A stretch of 64,000 nucleotides of DNA from a virus (lineage: Duplodnaviria > Caudoviricetes). Position 1 is the first letter of the stretch, and each line of letters opens with the position of its first letter. The position numbers and the translations under genes were made by a program. Shown here piece by piece: positions 48,526 through 57,710 of the stretch. The notes below the pieces were generated by a model that was not told where the DNA came from, searched no databases, and saw nothing but the letters and a program-made list of their open reading frames with translations. The stretch spans positions 1 through 64,000 of IMG/VR virus record IMGVR_UViG_2687453622_000001, one strand, 5' to 3'.

Positions 48526-49793
48526 CGACCGGCTTCCTTCAGTAGTTTGATTGTGTGCGCGGCTTCGCTGAGCTTGTATCGGATCGTGCTGGTCGGCAAA
48601 ATGAACGCCCCGACCAGCTCCTCGACATGCCCGTTGAATCCCTGTTTGAATTCCAATACCCCACGGCCTTCGTCATCCGGGTCGTTGAATACGCCGGTGA
48701 TGCCGTACATGTTGAAGCGTCGCGGTTGGGTGCTGTTGACGCACAGGCGGAGCATTCCTTCGTGGACCAACAGGGCGGGAGCCTGGTATGCCCGGTATTC
48801 GGGGAGAGCGCCGGCTGTCAGGTACACGGTTTCACGCCGGTGTTCCACGAACAGGGCGCAGGCGGCTGGGATCACGCTGCCATGTGTGGTCAAGGCGCGC
48901 GCCTCGTCGAGGCGACGTTCCAGGGCGGTCAGGTTGCGGGCCGTATCGTCGGTCTGGCGTTTGAGCCGGGTCGTGGCATGCGCTTCGTATCTGGTTCTCA
49001 GCGAATCCAGCCGATTGGCGAGCCTGTCATGTTCGGCGGTCAGGCCGGCCAGAAGCTCATCGGCATGGATTTCGGCGAGCATGAAACGGGCTCGGCTTCC
49101 GAATGTCTCCTTGAACCGGCGATAGTAGTCTTCGTCGCGGGCCATGAAGCCGCGTCGTCCTGCGGTCTTCCGTTCGATGTCCACGAACGTGCCAAGCTCA
49201 TCCGCACCGAGTTCGCGTACTCGCACGCCTGATGTTCTCGCCCGGTTCACGCTCCACCGGGTGCGCGGCTTATAGGAGGCGAGCAGCGTCTTCTCATCCT
49301 TGATGCCGTCGAAGGTCTTGATCCAATTCCAACGGTTGACGACTTTCCCGTATCCGGTGTCGAATCCCTGATGCTTCCAGCCGCATGGCCGGTAGGCGTC
49401 GAGGATTATCGTGTCGGGGGCCCCGATCGGGTTCCCGGCCGCGTCATGCCTTTGGTATTCGATGTTCGGCCAGCATGTGACGGACACGGCATGACGGCGG
49501 CGTGCGGCGAGACGAATTCCACGGGTCATGTGTTCGAGGAGTTTCGGATCATCGAGCGCGCATAACGGGCCGAGCCAGATGCTGCCTTCCAGGCCAAGCC
49601 GGCCTCGCGTCCACGCGATCAGGCAGCCGGCCGATAGAACGCCGTTGCGGGTCACGCCGATCAGATCCGTGGCGTCCACGTCCGGTTCGGCAAGATGAGC
49701 CATGTGCCCGGTCTGCTGAAATCCGCCCTGCGGGTGTCCGGCTGACAGCAGATCCAGTTGGTTGAAGGTGATGGGTGTGATGTCGTAGATCAA
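48522..49793 (-). CDS. FemABX/MurMN-family peptidoglycan aminoacyltransferase
   Basis: FQQTGHM, GP in N-terminal GNAT, WKHQGFDTG, RDEDYY, coiled-coil arm, FNMYGITG, GVLEFKQGFNG.VEELVG; TTG start with RBS GGAAGG. Confidence 0.88.
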   Translation of the reverse strand: MIYDITPITFNQLDLLSAGHPQGGFQQTGHMAHLAEPDVDATDLIGVTRNGVLSAGCLIAWTRGRLGLEGSIWLGPLCALDDPKLLEHMTRGIRLAARRRHAVSVTCWPNIEYQRHDAAGNPIGAPDTIILDAYRPCGWKHQGFDTGYGKVVNRWNWIKTFDGIKDEKTLLASYKPRTRWSVNRARTSGVRVRELGADELGTFVDIERKTAGRRGFMARDEDYYRRFKETFGSRARFMLAEIHADELLAGLTAEHDRLANRLDSLRTRYEAHATTRLKRQTDDTARNLTALERRLDEARALTTHGSVIPAACALFVEHRRETVYLTAGALPEYRAYQAPALLVHEGMLRLCVNSTQPRRFNMYGITGVFNDPDDEGRGVLEFKQGFNGHVEELVGAFILPTSTIRYKLSEAAHTIKLLKEAGR

Positions 49794-50221
49794 TTCAGTC
49801 CTTCCATTGCAGGTTCCGGCCCGGCCGGCCCCGTTTCGGGCAGGTAGCACCATGATTGGGGCGCGCGTTTCAGTCCGATGTCGGACAAAGTCTTCGGCTT
49901 CCCGTAGCGGATGGGGTTTTCCAGACGGTATGCGTACAGCCTGTCTGCGCCTTTCGCATACTCGTCGAACAGGTTTTTCGGGATGCGGGATTCGGTGCCG
50001 TATCCCCTCCAGATGGTCTCCGGCGGGGCGGCGTGCATGCCTTTCACCCGTGCCTCGCCGACGATCAGTCCGGTGCCGGTCCGGTAGATGAGCATGCGGC
50101 CGATCATCCGGTTCATGCGGCCGCGGCGGATTTCGACCGTCTTCGCGCCGGAGAGTATGAGGTCCGCCCATTCGGGTTTCAGGGCGAACACCGCCGCCGG
50201 GACCCCGGTGTCGTCATTCAT
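49790..50221 (-). CDS. ASCH-domain protein
   Basis: LKPEWADLILSGAKTVEIR, IVGEA, APQSWCYL. Confidence 0.85.
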   Translation of the reverse strand: MNDDTGVPAAVFALKPEWADLILSGAKTVEIRRGRMNRMIGRMLIYRTGTGLIVGEARVKGMHAAPPETIWRGYGTESRIPKNLFDEYAKGADRLYAYRLENPIRYGKPKTLSDIGLKRAPQSWCYLPETGPAGPEPAMEGLN

Positions 50222-50486
50222 CGTCGTCCTCCTCCCATGCCATGCCGTATGCGGCCCTGACCGCGATGGTCGCGATGTCTTCCCGCTGCCCCTTGGTCAG
50301 CCACGGGTATCGTTCCAACGCCCGTCGGACGCGTTTCAACGCGGCCTTGTCCGCGCATCGCATGGCCCCGTCCATCCAGCCCAGCTGGTAGGCGTTCACG
50401 AGTCCACAGGCCCGTAGCGTGGCGTCCGGCGTGTTCCCGACCCATCGGGTCGCGGCCTCGGCGCTCTCATCCAACGGGTTCGTCAT
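50214..50486 (-). CDS. hypothetical protein
   Basis: MTNPLDESAEAA..., AYQLGW.DG; RBS AAGGAGG. Confidence 0.6.
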   Translation of the reverse strand: MTNPLDESAEAATRWVGNTPDATLRACGLVNAYQLGWMDGAMRCADKAALKRVRRALERYPWLTKGQREDIATIAVRAAYGMAWEEDDDE

Positions 50487-50709
50487 CCCGGCCTCCTTCA
50501 TTCGCGATCGTCTGGAGGATGCCCGCCAGGCAGCCGATTTCGCCGGGGCTCAACCGGATTCGGCGGATCGTGCCGCCGCTGTCGGTGGACAGCACCCACG
50601 TGCGGACGCCGTGTCGGCCGTCGCCCGGCAGCCAGGTGAGGCCCACATGCCCGCAGGAGGCGCCCGTGATCATGCCGGCGCGGCGTTCGACTTCGATTTC
50701 CGGCTTCAT
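50467..50709 (-). CDS. hypothetical protein
   Basis: MKPEIEVER...; RBS GGAGG. Confidence 0.55.
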   Translation of the reverse strand: MKPEIEVERRAGMITGASCGHVGLTWLPGDGRHGVRTWVLSTDSGGTIRRIRLSPGEIGCLAGILQTIANEGGRDDEPVG

Positions 50710-51269
50710 CGCACGCCTCCCAGGATCAGCGGCACCGCGGCCCAACGGCGGAACACGCGGCCCGGCGCGGCCGTGCAGTACGCGTGATCCGGGTGAATCA
50801 CGGTCACGCCCTTCGCGGCCATCGCCTCCAATGTGACGGGCCTGTCGTCGATGAGCACGTCCGGCGTGAGCAGCGTCTTGTCGCCGCAGTAGAACCCGTC
50901 GAACCGGAAGCCGTTGCGGTGCAGCCAGCGTTGGCTTTCGCCGCGCCGGTCGTCCGCGCGGCTGGTCGCCATGATGACGTTCCAGCCCGCATCGTGCAGC
51001 TGGTTCAAGGCTTCGGCGGCTCCCGCATACGGTTCTTCTCTGGAGTACAAGCCGTCGGCGACGGCGCGCGTATGCCACCACGTGAACGCTTTCGCGTCCC
51101 CGCTGAACGGCCATCCGCCGGTCAGCGTGAAATCGTAGGCCGTCGGCTCCGGGCACGGGCATTCGTCCATGTCATGCCCGCATTCGCGGATGTAGTCGCG
51201 CAGACCGTGCGTATAGTCGGCGATCGTGTTGTCGATGTCCACCATGATTGTCCTGGTCAAGGCTGTCAC
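50706..51269 (-). CDS. 5'(3')-deoxyribonucleotidase-like HAD (NT5C)
   Basis: VDIDNTIADY, ATSR, DK, VLIDDRP. Confidence 0.85.
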   Translation of the reverse strand: MTALTRTIMVDIDNTIADYTHGLRDYIRECGHDMDECPCPEPTAYDFTLTGGWPFSGDAKAFTWWHTRAVADGLYSREEPYAGAAEALNQLHDAGWNVIMATSRADDRRGESQRWLHRNGFRFDGFYCGDKTLLTPDVLIDDRPVTLEAMAAKGVTVIHPDHAYCTAAPGRVFRRWAAVPLILGGVR

Positions 51270-51496
51270 CTCTTTTCAAGCTGTTCCGCCAGTTCGTCGA
51301 GCCAGGCATCGACGGCTTCGCTCTCATACCCGTAGGAGCCGCAGGGCAGGTTCAGATGCCTGATCTCGTCGGCGGCAAGGCCTCCCGGCTCCCCGGGGTG
51401 GGCCAGGGTGAACGAGGCGAGGCGCTGCACCAGGTCGACGGGGACCGGCATGTAGGATGCGGGAGCCGATACGAGCGGGAACATCGGGTATGCCAT
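51266..51496 (-). CDS. small DivIVA-domain-like protein
   Basis: ADEIR....GYESEAVDAWLDELAEQL. Confidence 0.55.
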   Translation of the reverse strand: MAYPMFPLVSAPASYMPVPVDLVQRLASFTLAHPGEPGGLAADEIRHLNLPCGSYGYESEAVDAWLDELAEQLEKR

Positions 51497-51498
51497 GC

Positions 51499-52536
51499 CT
51501 ATAGTCCGTTCTTCGTCAGGTATTTGTTGTTGATGATTTTGAAGCACCGATTGGCTCCCAGTTCGTTCGCCAATCCTTCGGACAACTGCTGGTCTTCGCG
51601 CAGATGCCAGACGATGCCCTCGTCCAGACGGTCTTTGGTGACGTTGCCACGCAACCCGTCTACTTTGGCGATCATGTCGTCCACGCCCCCCGTCAATGCC
51701 CACTCGTTTTCGTCGAGTTCGGGAACGGCAAGATTCGGCATTCCCGTCGGCCACTGGTCGCGGTCGATCTTGTGATGGTCTTTCCAGACGGCGAAGACGA
51801 ACGGACGTTGGGCCGGCAGTTTCAAACGGTTTGATTGGATACCGGGGCCACATAGCTCGAACTGGACGGCCATGCCGGGCCATAGCATCTTGTCCAACTG
51901 GAATCTTTTGGCGAGCCGCATGTTCGAGGACATGGGGTCAAGCTCCCAGTTGCGTGAGTACACGTGGACTTGTCCGCGTTCGTCCATGCTGAGCGTGGTG
52001 CTGGCGCCATCGACCTTCACGGTCGGCACGGCTTTCAACGTCTTGATTTCATCCCAGTGGCCGGCGAGCGTCTGCAAACGTGGCGCGTCCGACTTGGAGC
52101 AGGGCGCGTCGAACCGGCCGATCCGGGAGCCGCCCATCGGCAGGGGCTCCTCGTATTTGAGTACATTCGCCTTATCGGTGATGTCCGTGCCGACAGGGGG
52201 CGTATACCGGAATCCGAGTTCATCCAAACGCATGATGAGACCCTGCGAATACACTCCGCGCAGTTTCATGGTGCGCAGCACATGGCCGGTGATTTCCATG
52301 GAACCGACGATCATGGTCTTCTGACCGCGCTCTTGGAACGCCTTGTAACGCGGATCGTAGGCTGGCAGGAGACTGTCCGTCTCGAAATAGGCGACCCTGT
52401 CCCCCGGCTTCAGATGCATGTCCTTGCCGACGACCACACGCCACCCCAATATGCGGGCGACTTCGATGCGATCGGCCCCTTCGATGGGCTCGATGTTGGT
52501 GATTTCCTGTACGCTGACGAGTTTCCTGCTGCTCAT
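51499..52536 (-). CDS. ATP-dependent RNA ligase, DRB0094 (Rnl5-like) family
   Basis: IEPIEGADRIE OB domain, LRGVYSQGL, KVDGAS, ELCGPGIQSN, EGIVW, FKIINNKYL. Confidence 0.9.
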   Translation of the reverse strand: MSSRKLVSVQEITNIEPIEGADRIEVARILGWRVVVGKDMHLKPGDRVAYFETDSLLPAYDPRYKAFQERGQKTMIVGSMEITGHVLRTMKLRGVYSQGLIMRLDELGFRYTPPVGTDITDKANVLKYEEPLPMGGSRIGRFDAPCSKSDAPRLQTLAGHWDEIKTLKAVPTVKVDGASTTLSMDERGQVHVYSRNWELDPMSSNMRLAKRFQLDKMLWPGMAVQFELCGPGIQSNRLKLPAQRPFVFAVWKDHHKIDRDQWPTGMPNLAVPELDENEWALTGGVDDMIAKVDGLRGNVTKDRLDEGIVWHLREDQQLSEGLANELGANRCFKIINNKYLTKNGL

Positions 52537-52674
52537 GCCGCCACTCCCATGCTGTATCGTTCGGGCGAGATGGTGATGATCATCTCGTTTTCGTCGTAGG
52601 CTCCGTCTTTCATGCCTGTGACCTTTGTCATATTCAAACCGTGTCCATGTCCCGCTCCCCGCCGGTTCGCGTGG

Positions 52675-52896
52675 TCAGACGGGGCATGGGGCGCGCCCCT
52701 CGGACACGGTGTCCGATTCGATGGTCAGGACCGGTTCGCCCTCGTCGTCGACGAGCGTGGCGGGCCGTCCCGTCGCGTCCGCCGCGGCGCGCGTGGCGGC
52801 GAGCATGCCGGCGAACGTGAGCCCGCCGGGCAATGGGGTCGTGTAGTCGACGGGCCCGTAGGCGCCGTCCCGGGTCGCGTGGATCTCGTATTCCAT
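52675..52896 (-). CDS. small hypothetical protein
   Basis: [11 protein letters not shown]...; ATG 8 nt after GGGGACGCATAC. Confidence 0.55.
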   Translation of the reverse strand: MEYEIHATRDGAYGPVDYTTPLPGGLTFAGMLAATRAAADATGRPATLVDDEGEPVLTIESDTVSEGRAPCPV

Positions 52897-52933
52897 GCCC
52901 CCGGGTATGCGTCCCCATACACGCGGTCCGGGT

Positions 52934-53305
52934 GTATGCATTCCGGTCCGCGTGTATGCATCCGTATGCATCCGGGGATGCATACATCTTTTCTTTCCGT
53001 TTCGGCTTGTTTCCAACGTTCCGGGGATGGCCCGGAGGCGTGTATGCATTGTATGCATCATTCCCTTATAGGGGATTCGGGAAAAAGGAAGGAAACCCCA
53101 TATATTGATGCATACAATGCATACAAGATAAAGGAATTATATTTTTTCCTTTATTTATAAGGGTTTTCGGGCTTTTTCCGGGCTTTTTCTGTATGCATCC
53201 CCGGATGCATACAGATGCATACACGCATACAAAACGGGCCGGAAAACTATACAATATTGTAAAGGTCGGAGGTGAGACTTTACAATATTGTAAAGCCTCA
53301 CCTCC
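52934..53305. repeat. nested inverted-repeat array of GTATGCAT units with AT-rich core (candidate origin or centromere)
   Basis: 11 GTATGCAT/ATGCATAC copies; IR 52951-52986 with 53190-53225; IR 53041-53060 with 53106-53125; TACAATATTGTA palindromes at 53250 and 53281. Confidence 0.85.
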
Positions 53306-53512
53306 GGGATGCGGTCGCCCCGCCGGCACATCGGGATGCCTTTTTTTCAGTTCGCGACCAGATCCGACGCCATATCCATCGGCTCGCCGCCTTGGCGCAG
53401 CCGTTCCGGCGGGGCGCGCGCCGAACCTCACGGACAACGGTTCCTTGCCCAAATCGGGCTGGAAAACGGCTGATCCGGTTCTGAAGAGCCGGGCTTGCGC
53501 CGCAAAAACCGG

Positions 53513-53824
53513 TCAGGGTTTTCTCCTGTCCAGGTCGAGTTCGAGAAGCGTGCGCACCCGGTCGAGTTCGCCGGCGACGTCCGTCATCCACGCGGCGGCC
53601 CGTCTGAGACCGTCCGGCGTGACCGTCCCGCCCGGCGTCGGACCGCGCCGGGCCCGGAGCCGGATGCCGCCGGCGGGCGTGGGGCAGGCGTCCACGCGGG
53701 GCGGCTCCTCCGGGTCGCCGTCAAGCCGGAATCCCGTGACCCGGTAGCGGACGGTCCCGTCGTCCCGGCGGATCCAGTCGATCCGGTAACGGCCCGTATG
53801 ACCCAATGTCAGGACGTCGTTCAT
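53513..53824 (-). CDS. hypothetical protein
   Basis: MNDVLTLG... 103 aa. Confidence 0.5.
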   Translation of the reverse strand: MNDVLTLGHTGRYRIDWIRRDDGTVRYRVTGFRLDGDPEEPPRVDACPTPAGGIRLRARRGPTPGGTVTPDGLRRAAAWMTDVAGELDRVRTLLELDLDRRKP

Positions 53825-53902
53825 GGCCGCCCCGTCCGGGGCGTGCGGCGCACGACCCATTCGACCGGCCGTCCGCCGGGCAGCCCCTCGGGGCGGATAT
53901 TC

Positions 53903-54232
53903 TCAGTCGACATAATCGTATCCCGTCCAGTCGCGCAGCAGCTCGCATACGGTGACGCCTTTGACGAGCAGCACGCGATGATGGTCCTCCGCGTCCTCGA
54001 GCGTGACGAGCGCGCACCCGGTGCGGTCCGGCTTCGGGTCCATGGGGTCGGCGACGTCCTCCCATGCGACGGGCGTGCTCCCGTCCGCCATGTTTTCGTC
54101 GTACGGGGCGGGAGCCCACGTGCCGTCCGGCAGACGTTCGAACGTGTCCGTGGAATCCCGCCAGGCGTCCATGAGCCGTGTTTTGAGATGACCGGTGATG
54201 ATGGTCCTGAACTGCTGATCGTTGTCGTTCAT
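53903..54232 (-). CDS. hypothetical protein
   Basis: MNDNDQQ...; ATG 8 nt after GGGGACGCATGC. Confidence 0.6.
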   Translation of the reverse strand: MNDNDQQFRTIITGHLKTRLMDAWRDSTDTFERLPDGTWAPAPYDENMADGSTPVAWEDVADPMDPKPDRTGCALVTLEDAEDHHRVLLVKGVTVCELLRDWTGYDYVD

Positions 54233-54483
54233 GCCCCGTGGCATGCGTCCCCGGACGGGCATGGGACGCGTCCGCGGCGAAGCGTCTCACCGGGCGTACG
54301 GGGGGGGATCGCGTGCAGGCCGGCCCCGTCCGCCAGCAGCATGCCCCGGTCGCCGATCGGCGTGCCGTCCGGCATGGTGCTGAACGTGTCGCATAGCCAC
54401 ACGCCCTCCACGTTGCGGACCGACGGGACGGGCGTTTGACATCCTCCCCCGCCTGAAGACGGGGGATTCCTACGCCGGTCAGC

Positions 54484-55770
54484 TTAATGAAGCCTTGCGG
54501 TTCGGCGGGTTCCCGCTTCACGGGCGTCCGCGTTGCGACCGGTTTGCGCCAGTCTCCGTCTTACGTCGCCTCCACGGGCGTTTAGCGACTCCGCGAGTCC
54601 CGCGGCGTCGAGGATGTTCAGTGCGGCGTTCCAATCACGGTCGAGCCGTATGCCGCATTGCGGGCATTCCCATTCGCGTATGTCCAACGGTTTCCGTCCG
54701 TCGCGGCGTCCGCATTGGGAGCAGATTTGGCTGCTGGGATACCAGCGGTCGATGCGTTTGACGGTTCTGCCATATTGGACGCCCAATTGTTGGATGCGGT
54801 CGATGATACGCGTCCAGTTCGCATCCAACAGGCTCTTCGCCATGCAGGTGCGGGCAAGTCCTTTGACGTTCAGGGTCTCCAAGGCGACGGCTTGGTTCTC
54901 GCCCGCCACCTTGGATGCCAGCTTGTACGCCACGTCCCGGCGTTGGTTCCGTATCCGACCGTAGGTCTTGGCCTTCAGAAGTCGTGTCTTCGCATGGTTG
55001 TTCGAGCCTTTCGTTTCCCTTGCCAGTTGTTTGTCGAGTTTGCGCAGTCGGCGCGTCTTGCGGTTCAGGGTGCGCGGGTGGGGTATCTTCTCGCGTGAAC
55101 CGTCCGTGTAGACGATGCTCATGAGCGAGTCAAGCCCCATGTCGATGCCGCACGCCTCATGCAGCGGCTCGGGCGCGTCGGCCTTGTCATCGACTTGCAC
55201 GGTGAAGCTCGCCTCGTAAGAGCCGTCCGCATGCCTCATGATGGTGACGGTGTTCGGCTTGGACGGCAGTTCGCGAGTCCAACGGAGCTTGACCCGCCCG
55301 ATTTTCGGGAGCGTGAGGAACGCCCACTTGCATCCGTCCGCATGCCCGACCTTGAATCGCGCGGACTTGGTGAACTCGGCCGACTGCTCCCCGTCCCTGC
55401 GGCTCTTGTACCGGGGCAGCCCCGTGCGACGCTTCTTCCCGGTACGGCGGTTGGTCACAATATGCGTCCTGCCCGCCTTGTAGAGGCGAAGGAAGTTCCG
55501 GTAGGCCATGTCCGCGTGGCGTATCGACTGCTGTAAAGGCGTGGATGATACGGCCAGAAGCCATTCCATGCCGGGTTCTCGCTTCCATAGGGTGAACATG
55601 TTGCTCAACTGCGTGCAGGACTGCATTCGCCCATGTCGGCGACGCATAAGCTCCCGCTGGTCGAGCGTCCAATTGTACGCGTACCGGCATGCGCCGTACA
55701 GGCATGACAATGCCTCGCGCTGCCCTTGCGTTGGGTAGGCGCGGTAGTTGTATCGCCTGTAGGAACTCAT
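54484..55770 (-). CDS. tnpB: RNA-guided endonuclease TnpB
   Basis: YNYRAYPT, GIDMG, LETL, SSQICSQCG, CPQCG, DRDWNAALNI. Confidence 0.93.
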   Translation of the reverse strand: MSSYRRYNYRAYPTQGQREALSCLYGACRYAYNWTLDQRELMRRRHGRMQSCTQLSNMFTLWKREPGMEWLLAVSSTPLQQSIRHADMAYRNFLRLYKAGRTHIVTNRRTGKKRRTGLPRYKSRRDGEQSAEFTKSARFKVGHADGCKWAFLTLPKIGRVKLRWTRELPSKPNTVTIMRHADGSYEASFTVQVDDKADAPEPLHEACGIDMGLDSLMSIVYTDGSREKIPHPRTLNRKTRRLRKLDKQLARETKGSNNHAKTRLLKAKTYGRIRNQRRDVAYKLASKVAGENQAVALETLNVKGLARTCMAKSLLDANWTRIIDRIQQLGVQYGRTVKRIDRWYPSSQICSQCGRRDGRKPLDIREWECPQCGIRLDRDWNAALNILDAAGLAESLNARGGDVRRRLAQTGRNADAREAGTRRTARLH

Positions 55771-55793
55771 GTTTGGTATTATACTTGGTCTTC

Positions 55794-56210
55794 ATGGATA
55801 AGACAAACGATATTCGTAAGGGACGGCACTGCGTCTACGATTTGCATGCGCACTTGGTCTTCGTCACCAAATACCGGCACGACGTGTTCACCGACGAGCA
55901 CCTGAAGGCGTTGGAACGCATATTCTCCGACGTGTGCGCCTCGTTCGACTGCCGGTTGGAGGAGTTCAACGGCGAAACCGACCACGTGCACCTGCTCGTA
56001 TCGTTTCCCCCGACCGTGGAACTCAGCCGACTCGTCAACAGCCTCAAGGGAGTGTCCAGCCGATACCTGAGACGCGACTACCCCGAACTCGCCCGACACT
56101 ATTGGAGGGCGCAACGCCTCTGGTCGCCCAGCTACTACGCGGGCACGGCGGGCGGTGCGCCGTTGGACACGCTGAAACGGTATATCGAGAACCAGAACAG
56201 ACCAGCGTGA
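55794..56210 (+). CDS. tnpA: Y1 HUH transposase TnpA
   Basis: HLVFVTKYR, DHVHLL, LKGVSSR, LWSPSY, YIENQ. Confidence 0.95.
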   Translation: MDKTNDIRKGRHCVYDLHAHLVFVTKYRHDVFTDEHLKALERIFSDVCASFDCRLEEFNGETDHVHLLVSFPPTVELSRLVNSLKGVSSRYLRRDYPELARHYWRAQRLWSPSYYAGTAGGAPLDTLKRYIENQNRPA

Positions 56211-56841
56211 TTCCCCACCGCCCTAAAAGGACGGTGTACCCTCACGCCAAAACGATGGCCGGACACCTGGGTCAGGCGGCCGTCGTAGTCCCCGTGGCCG
56301 GGACGCGCCCACAACGGTCCGTCGTCGTCCATGTACAGGGCGGCCAGGCTTCCGGGACGGTCCGGCAGACGGTTCAGACGGGCCGCGATCCGGTCGGCGG
56401 TCATGCCCGTCCAGGCGTGCCCGAACCGGCGGATCCCCCACCGGCGGGTGAGTCCCGCGTGCGTGGCGACGATCGTGCCGTCCGTCCATGCGATCCGCAT
56501 CGGGATGTCCTTCATGAGCTCGTGGACGCGGCGCTGCGCGCCCGGTTTGAAGCCCGGCGCCTGGGCGCGTACGCGCGCGAACGAGGCGGATCCGCGTCGC
56601 ATGAAATACGGGACGTCATGGTTGCCGAGCAGCGGGACGATCTCCCGTCGCCCGGATTCGGCCCGGTACCATGAGGCGAACCGTTCCATGAACCGTATCA
56701 TGCCCGTGTTCGACACATGCCAGTCGTCGCATATGTCGCCCAGCAGGACGATCCGGTCGGCATGCTCCCGGTCTGCCATGTTCGAGATGAAAGGCAGCAG
56801 GTCGCCTTTCGCGTGCAGGTCGCCGGCGAACAGGGTGCGGT

Positions 56842-57447
56842 TCACGCCCCGCCCCCTTCCGGCAGGACCGCCGTGCTGTCCGACGTGGCGACGGACACGA
56901 GGCCGGGACGGGTCAGGAGCATGCCGGTCCTGACCGTGGCGTCCGCGTCCAGCCACCAGATCGCGTACCGGCGGTTCGCGTGTACGATCCGGACGGGCGT
57001 CTCCGGAGCGTCGGGGTCGAGGACGCGCAGGACGCGGACCGGCCGGGTCGCGTCCACGCCGCGCATCACGGTGTCCGCGGGCATCCAGTCCCAGGTGGCG
57101 GCGCGCCAGCCGGCCAATGCGAGCAGGGCGAGCAGGAGGATGACGCCCAGCGCGTCCTGGCCGGCCATGAACGAGACGACGGCGAGCAGGAGCACGCCCA
57201 GCAGTTGCAGGATCATGGGCGTCAGGGCGCGACGCCATTCCGTGCGGGTCGGCCGGGGCACGGGACTCCACGGGTCGCGCGGCCGCGTCTTCGTTTTCGT
57301 GGCCCTCGGTCCGCTCGTGGGCCGGACCGAGGGCGGACGGTCCGGTTTCACCTCGTGGAATGCTTCGGTCCGTTCGTCGGGGCCGGCGTGCGGACGGTCG
57401 GCGGCCAGGCGCCGTTCGAGCTCGTTGACCGCGTTCACCGCGCTCAC
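56842..57447 (-). CDS. membrane protein (2 TM)
   Basis: Two hydrophobic helices; GTGA-coupled. Confidence 0.6.
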   Translation of the reverse strand: MSAVNAVNELERRLAADRPHAGPDERTEAFHEVKPDRPPSVRPTSGPRATKTKTRPRDPWSPVPRPTRTEWRRALTPMILQLLGVLLLAVVSFMAGQDALGVILLLALLALAGWRAATWDWMPADTVMRGVDATRPVRVLRVLDPDAPETPVRIVHANRRYAIWWLDADATVRTGMLLTRPGLVSVATSDSTAVLPEGGGA

Positions 57448-57668
57448 CTGGTCTCCTTGCCGCGACGGCGGAGGATGACGCCCGGTTCGACGATGTGGAA
57501 GCCGCCGCATTCCGGGCATTTGCGGATCGTCTTGCCTTCCGGCAGGCGGCCGAGCGCGATCCGGGCGTCCACGGGGGTCGCGTAGCGGGTGCGGGAGCAT
57601 TTGCGGCTGAACATGGCGTCGGCCTTCATCGGGCGGGGCTGGTTTTTCTCAAGGTTCCTGCGTGGCAT
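57444..57668 (-). CDS. small Zn-ribbon protein
   Basis: KCS..Y....A...CPECGGFHI; RBS GAAAGGA. Confidence 0.55.
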   Translation of the reverse strand: MPRRNLEKNQPRPMKADAMFSRKCSRTRYATPVDARIALGRLPEGKTIRKCPECGGFHIVEPGVILRRRGKETR

Positions 57669-57710
57669 GGAATGGTTTTCCTTTCGTTTGCCGGGTTGCT
57701 ATGCGCCTGT

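Larger units (their letters stand above)
54436..56254 (-). mobile_element. IS605-group element (divergent tnpA/tnpB)
   Basis: Inserted 3' of CCAT, ends GGAGGATGTCAA, subterminal hairpins at both ends, no duplication. Confidence 0.92.
54229..56845 (-). pseudogene. calcineurin-like metallophosphoesterase split by IS605 (pieces 56255-56845 and 54229-54435)
   Basis: GDLH, LGDICD, LGNHD, THAG; QVSGH rejoins TPVPSV..LCDT when the IS is removed. Confidence 0.88.

Noticed and set aside
52634-53747. ORFs crossing the 52.9-53.3 kb repeat array, or a CRISPR array there
   Set aside because: Translations are low-complexity echoes of the repeats; units are 8 bp, in both orientations and irregularly spaced, unlike CRISPR
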